This document shows, in pieces, positions 60,876-64,000 of a DNA stretch of 64,000 bases. Numbering within the stretch: position 1 is the first letter of the stretch; each line of letters starts with the position of its first letter. The stretch is from Limnochordia bacterium (GTDB lineage: Bacteria > Bacillota > Limnochordia > DTU080): NCBI GenBank assembly GCA_050951545.1, contig JBMNJG010000006.1:32001-96000 (forward strand), written 5' to 3'. A model generated the notes under the pieces. That model was not told the DNA's origin and ran no database searches. It was given only the letters and a program-made list of their open reading frames with translations. The translations under genes and the position numbers were made by a program.

Positions 60876-62519
60876 ATGCTGGCCTCTCGACCACTGAAGC
60901 GGATTGGCGTGGCGGTACTCCTTTTCCTCCTTCTACAAGTCTCCATAGGAACCTGTGCTGCTGCCATTCCATTTGATCCCTCTCCTTCGCTTATCATTAT
61001 GCTCATGTTAGACGGCTTTCGTCCCGACTATGTGACGATGTATGCGCCGCCTAACCTACAGCGTCTGATCGCCGAAGGGGCATGGGTGGCTGAAGCTCGG
61101 TCGGTTTTCCCGTCAATGACCACACCCAATCAGACGAGCTTCGCCACAGGAGCACTGCCAGCCAGTACTGGCATTCCCAACAATTCGCGCTATGATCGCC
61201 AACTTGACCGCTTCCTCAGCCCCCTCAGAGACAACGAGGTGCCCACCATCGCTGAGATTATGCGTGATTGTGGGTGGAGGACAGCCTCCGTAAACCATTT
61301 CATGCTGGAACATCGCGGTGCCCTACGCTATGTGCGGGGGAACATGCAGGCCCTCATTCGGTTGCTAGAGACTGAGCGTCGAGGCCTTGTGGTCTACTAC
61401 CATGTCAATACTGATACCGTAGGACATAAGTCCGGTCCGTATAGTCCGCAGATGCGCAAGGCCGTGCTGGAGGCGGATGCCGAAATTGGGCAACTCCTCA
61501 GCGCTCTGGAGAGATTGCAGCTGATAGATCAGACGACGATTTCTATCGCTTCTGATCATGGCATGTCACCTACGGGTGGGACGCCCATCCAGCCGAACCT
61601 GACTGCCCTGGCTCTGTCAGGCTGGAAGATGGCCGGAACGCAGAGCCAGATTCGTTCGAACACAGAGCTAGTGTACATCGCCTCTGGGGCTGCCTATCTC
61701 TACTGGCGGGAAGGAAAGCGCACGCCTGAGCGGGAGGCCGAGCTACTGGAGGCTCTCCGTCGCATAGATGGTGCCGACATTTGCACTGCAACCGATATTG
61801 CGCGTTTGGGCGCAGACCCAGAACGCCTGGGCGACATAGCCATTGTTCCACATCCGGGCAGAACCCTGGCCTCAGAGCGCTCCGGTGGTGGTAAGCATGG
61901 CACTCCCAATGAGGCCCAGAACATGATCCTCTTTTGGGGTCAGGGTATCAAAAGGGGCAGCATAGTTCCTGCCGCCAGTATCATTGACATAGTTCCAACA
62001 CTACTGCGCCTCGCCAGACTCGATATCCCCTCCAGCGTAGACGGGCGCCCCCTCACCCAGATCATCGAGCGAACCCCATGGAAGGAGCGTTTGGGGAAAG
62101 CTGGAGACTATGAGGTCAAGGACATTGCCGCCAGCGGTGGTGCCTCAAGTGGCAGTCCGGCGATGCTTGCCGATGGTAGCATCTACACCTCATGGGAAAT
62201 CAGCCTGGTTGCAGGCCCTGCTTATGTGATCTTTGATTTCGGAGTGCCGCGTGACATCTGGCGCGTAGAAATCGTTGCAGTGCCCGGTCGAGAGGCTGTG
62301 GGGCCTCAGCAAATGACGCTAGAGACGAGTACAGATGGGCTCAGCTTTGAGCCCATCTGCACCGCTGCCATCAGCCCTTTGACGAACGGCGCAAGCGAGA
62401 CACTTCGTCTTTCCCAACCTGTGAAAGCACGTTTTTTGCGAGCCATCGTTCATTCCAGTTGGGGGGGAGAGGTAACGGAGATCGCCGAGATGCATGTGTG
62501 GTCTGGTCCCCAGCAGTAG
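60876..62519 (+). CDS. Secreted nucleotide pyrophosphatase/phosphodiesterase (alkaline phosphatase superfamily) with C-terminal discoidin (F5/8C) domain
   Basis: LDGFRPDY, FPSMTTPNQTSFATG, DTVGH, ASDHGM, IDIVPTL. C-terminal DGSIYTSW...FDFG...STDG..F...ARFLR...IAEM. Confidence 0.88.
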   Translation: MLASRPLKRIGVAVLLFLLLQVSIGTCAAAIPFDPSPSLIIMLMLDGFRPDYVTMYAPPNLQRLIAEGAWVAEARSVFPSMTTPNQTSFATGALPASTGIPNNSRYDRQLDRFLSPLRDNEVPTIAEIMRDCGWRTASVNHFMLEHRGALRYVRGNMQALIRLLETERRGLVVYYHVNTDTVGHKSGPYSPQMRKAVLEADAEIGQLLSALERLQLIDQTTISIASDHGMSPTGGTPIQPNLTALALSGWKMAGTQSQIRSNTELVYIASGAAYLYWREGKRTPEREAELLEALRRIDGADICTATDIARLGADPERLGDIAIVPHPGRTLASERSGGGKHGTPNEAQNMILFWGQGIKRGSIVPAASIIDIVPTLLRLARLDIPSSVDGRPLTQIIERTPWKERLGKAGDYEVKDIAASGGASSGSPAMLADGSIYTSWEISLVAGPAYVIFDFGVPRDIWRVEIVAVPGREAVGPQQMTLETSTDGLSFEPICTAAISPLTNGASETLRLSQPVKARFLRAIVHSSWGGEVTEIAEMHVWSGPQQ

Positions 62520-62594
62520 CGACGTCTCTGTTCAAGCAAAGGTCCAACGGAGTACACGTCCACGTCCGCAGAGTCTCTTTTTACGGAGGGGTCA

Positions 62595-63419
62595 GTGATG
62601 AGTAGGTTGTGGAAGCTGTTGGTTTTGTGCATTGTGTCAGCTCTGGTCTTCCCGAGCACTGCGATGGGGGCTTGGAGCACGCCCGTGTGCTGGGAACACA
62701 ACACAGCTGGTGTCGAGCGCATGCCGTGGCTTGTGGGACGGACATTATTCTACGCGAAGAGCTACGACATCTATCAGTCTGTCTTCGACGGCGAGACCTG
62801 GAGTGATCCGGAACCCGTTCCTGGGAAGATCAACACCTCTGTCAACGAGATCAACCCGGCGGTGATCAAGGGCGGCACAGTCATGTACTTCCTGCGCTAC
62901 ATGGACACAACCGACTACGATTTCTACCGTTCGGAGTGGGATACGGAGCTCGGCGAATGGGGCGAGCCAGTCAGAATAGACGTCTGGAGCACGGACATTC
63001 AAGACTGGGATGTGTGGGTAAGCGAGGATGATATGTCGGCTTACCTCACCACCAAGGGAGCCTACGGTGACGCGGTCTCGCTTGGTGGCCGTGACATCTG
63101 GTACAGTGAACGCCAGGACGGCGAATGGAGCATTCCAGTGAATGTCGGTCCGCCCATCAATAGCGCTAAGGACGAGTGGAGCGTCTTTGTTGACCAGGAG
63201 GGACGCATCTACTTCGACAGCAATCGTGAGGGCGGCTCAGGCAACTATGACATCTGGGTGGCCGAAGGATGGGAGGGCCCTGTGACGAATGTGACCGAGC
63301 TCAACAGCGCCGCACCGGAGCGCGAAATAGCTATTGACGGCGATCTGGCTGTTTTCTCTGCTGATCGTAGAGAAGGAGGCGTGGGCGGCTACGACCTGTG
63401 GGTCTCCACACTCGAGTAG
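62595..63419 (+). CDS. Secreted PD40/TolB-like beta-propeller protein
   Basis: Signal peptide and repeats GGRDIWYS, PVNVGPPINS..DE, YFDSNREGGSGNYDIWV, FSADR..GVGGYDLWV. Confidence 0.82.
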   Translation: MMSRLWKLLVLCIVSALVFPSTAMGAWSTPVCWEHNTAGVERMPWLVGRTLFYAKSYDIYQSVFDGETWSDPEPVPGKINTSVNEINPAVIKGGTVMYFLRYMDTTDYDFYRSEWDTELGEWGEPVRIDVWSTDIQDWDVWVSEDDMSAYLTTKGAYGDAVSLGGRDIWYSERQDGEWSIPVNVGPPINSAKDEWSVFVDQEGRIYFDSNREGGSGNYDIWVAEGWEGPVTNVTELNSAAPEREIAIDGDLAVFSADRREGGVGGYDLWVSTLE

Positions 63420-63458
63420 TCGTAACCGCATTACTGACTGCCGACGACAGATGCCAGA

Positions 63459-63481
63459 AGAGGGCGGCGAAACCGCCCTCT
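63459..63481 (+). terminator. Hairpin after PD40 gene
   Basis: AGAGGGCGG-CGAAA-CCGCCCTCT. Confidence 0.55.
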
Positions 63482-64000
63482 CCTGCTATCGACTGATTAT
63501 GCTTTTGCGCTCATTGCACATTTTGCGGTTGGACAAGCGGACAGTCGCCATAGTGCTGATTCGCACTATGCCGCATGCCCCGACCGCCGGACCGCAGACC
63601 CCATCCCGACCCGAAGTCGCTTGCCGAAGCTCGTCTGTAGGATCAACCAGGCTTCTGCCAGCCATGACCCAGGGGCCACCGAGAGTCGAATGCATTTCCC
63701 GACCGGATCATCGGCTGAGTGGGAAAAGACTATCGACGCGGTCCGGTTATGTGCCGCCCAGCAGCTCCAGAAGGGCCGCCAGGGCGAGAGGGTGTCCTCT
63801 TCGGTGCGGAAACGAGCACTTCGAGCGGTCCAGATCAGCAAAAGGACTCTGTAACGACCGCATCGCTGCACTTTTGCCATTCACATTGGACCCAGGGAGT
63901 TGATGGGGCGACTCTTTTGCCATCGCCGTAGGATCCTTGGCCCCGACTTACATGCCTAGCCGAACGTGTCCTTTTCGACTACTGGCCAGTCTCGCGAGCG

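Noticed and set aside
63490-64000. Short ORFs and a hairpin at the right edge
   Set aside because: No recognisable protein or RNA family; possibly decayed sequence, and it cannot be called without a search.
1-64000. CRISPR array, rRNA, tRNA, riboswitch, prophage or intact defence system
   Set aside because: No regularly spaced repeats, structural RNA signatures or hallmark genes were seen by eye. A covariance-model scan would be needed to exclude small RNAs.

Overview
About 60% GC bacterial region, probably from a diderm Firmicute such as Limnochordia (inferred from Firmicute-type genes, sigmaH-like promoters and SBPs with non-lipoprotein signal peptides). It is an accessory glycan and cell-wall foraging region. 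It holds an IS1634 element at the left edge and a MurNAc-recycling cluster (murR-murQ-DUF6259-like gene divergent from SBP-namZ). There are 12 sugar-type solute-binding protein (SBP) genes or remnants, with no importer permease or ATPase in the window. Catabolic genes include three large secreted heparinase II/III-like proteins (two are paralogs), a sulfatase, a GH95 fucosidase, a sialidase-like protein, two URO-D-family proteins, amidohydrolases and a ceramidase-like protein. I found no rRNA, tRNA, CRISPR array or intact defence system. Three structures are not explained by the gene list. First, intergenic 'collapsed relics' are short colinear mosaics of diverged copies of genes that are intact elsewhere in the window. 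Second, an AGGA-N17-GAA(T) sigmaH-like promoter recurs 8 times in front of catabolic genes, once preserved inside a relic. Third, there is a 311-bp tandem duplication. Many single-base frameshifts fall in short homopolymers and may be long-read consensus errors. All family calls come from motif recognition by eye, with no database search.
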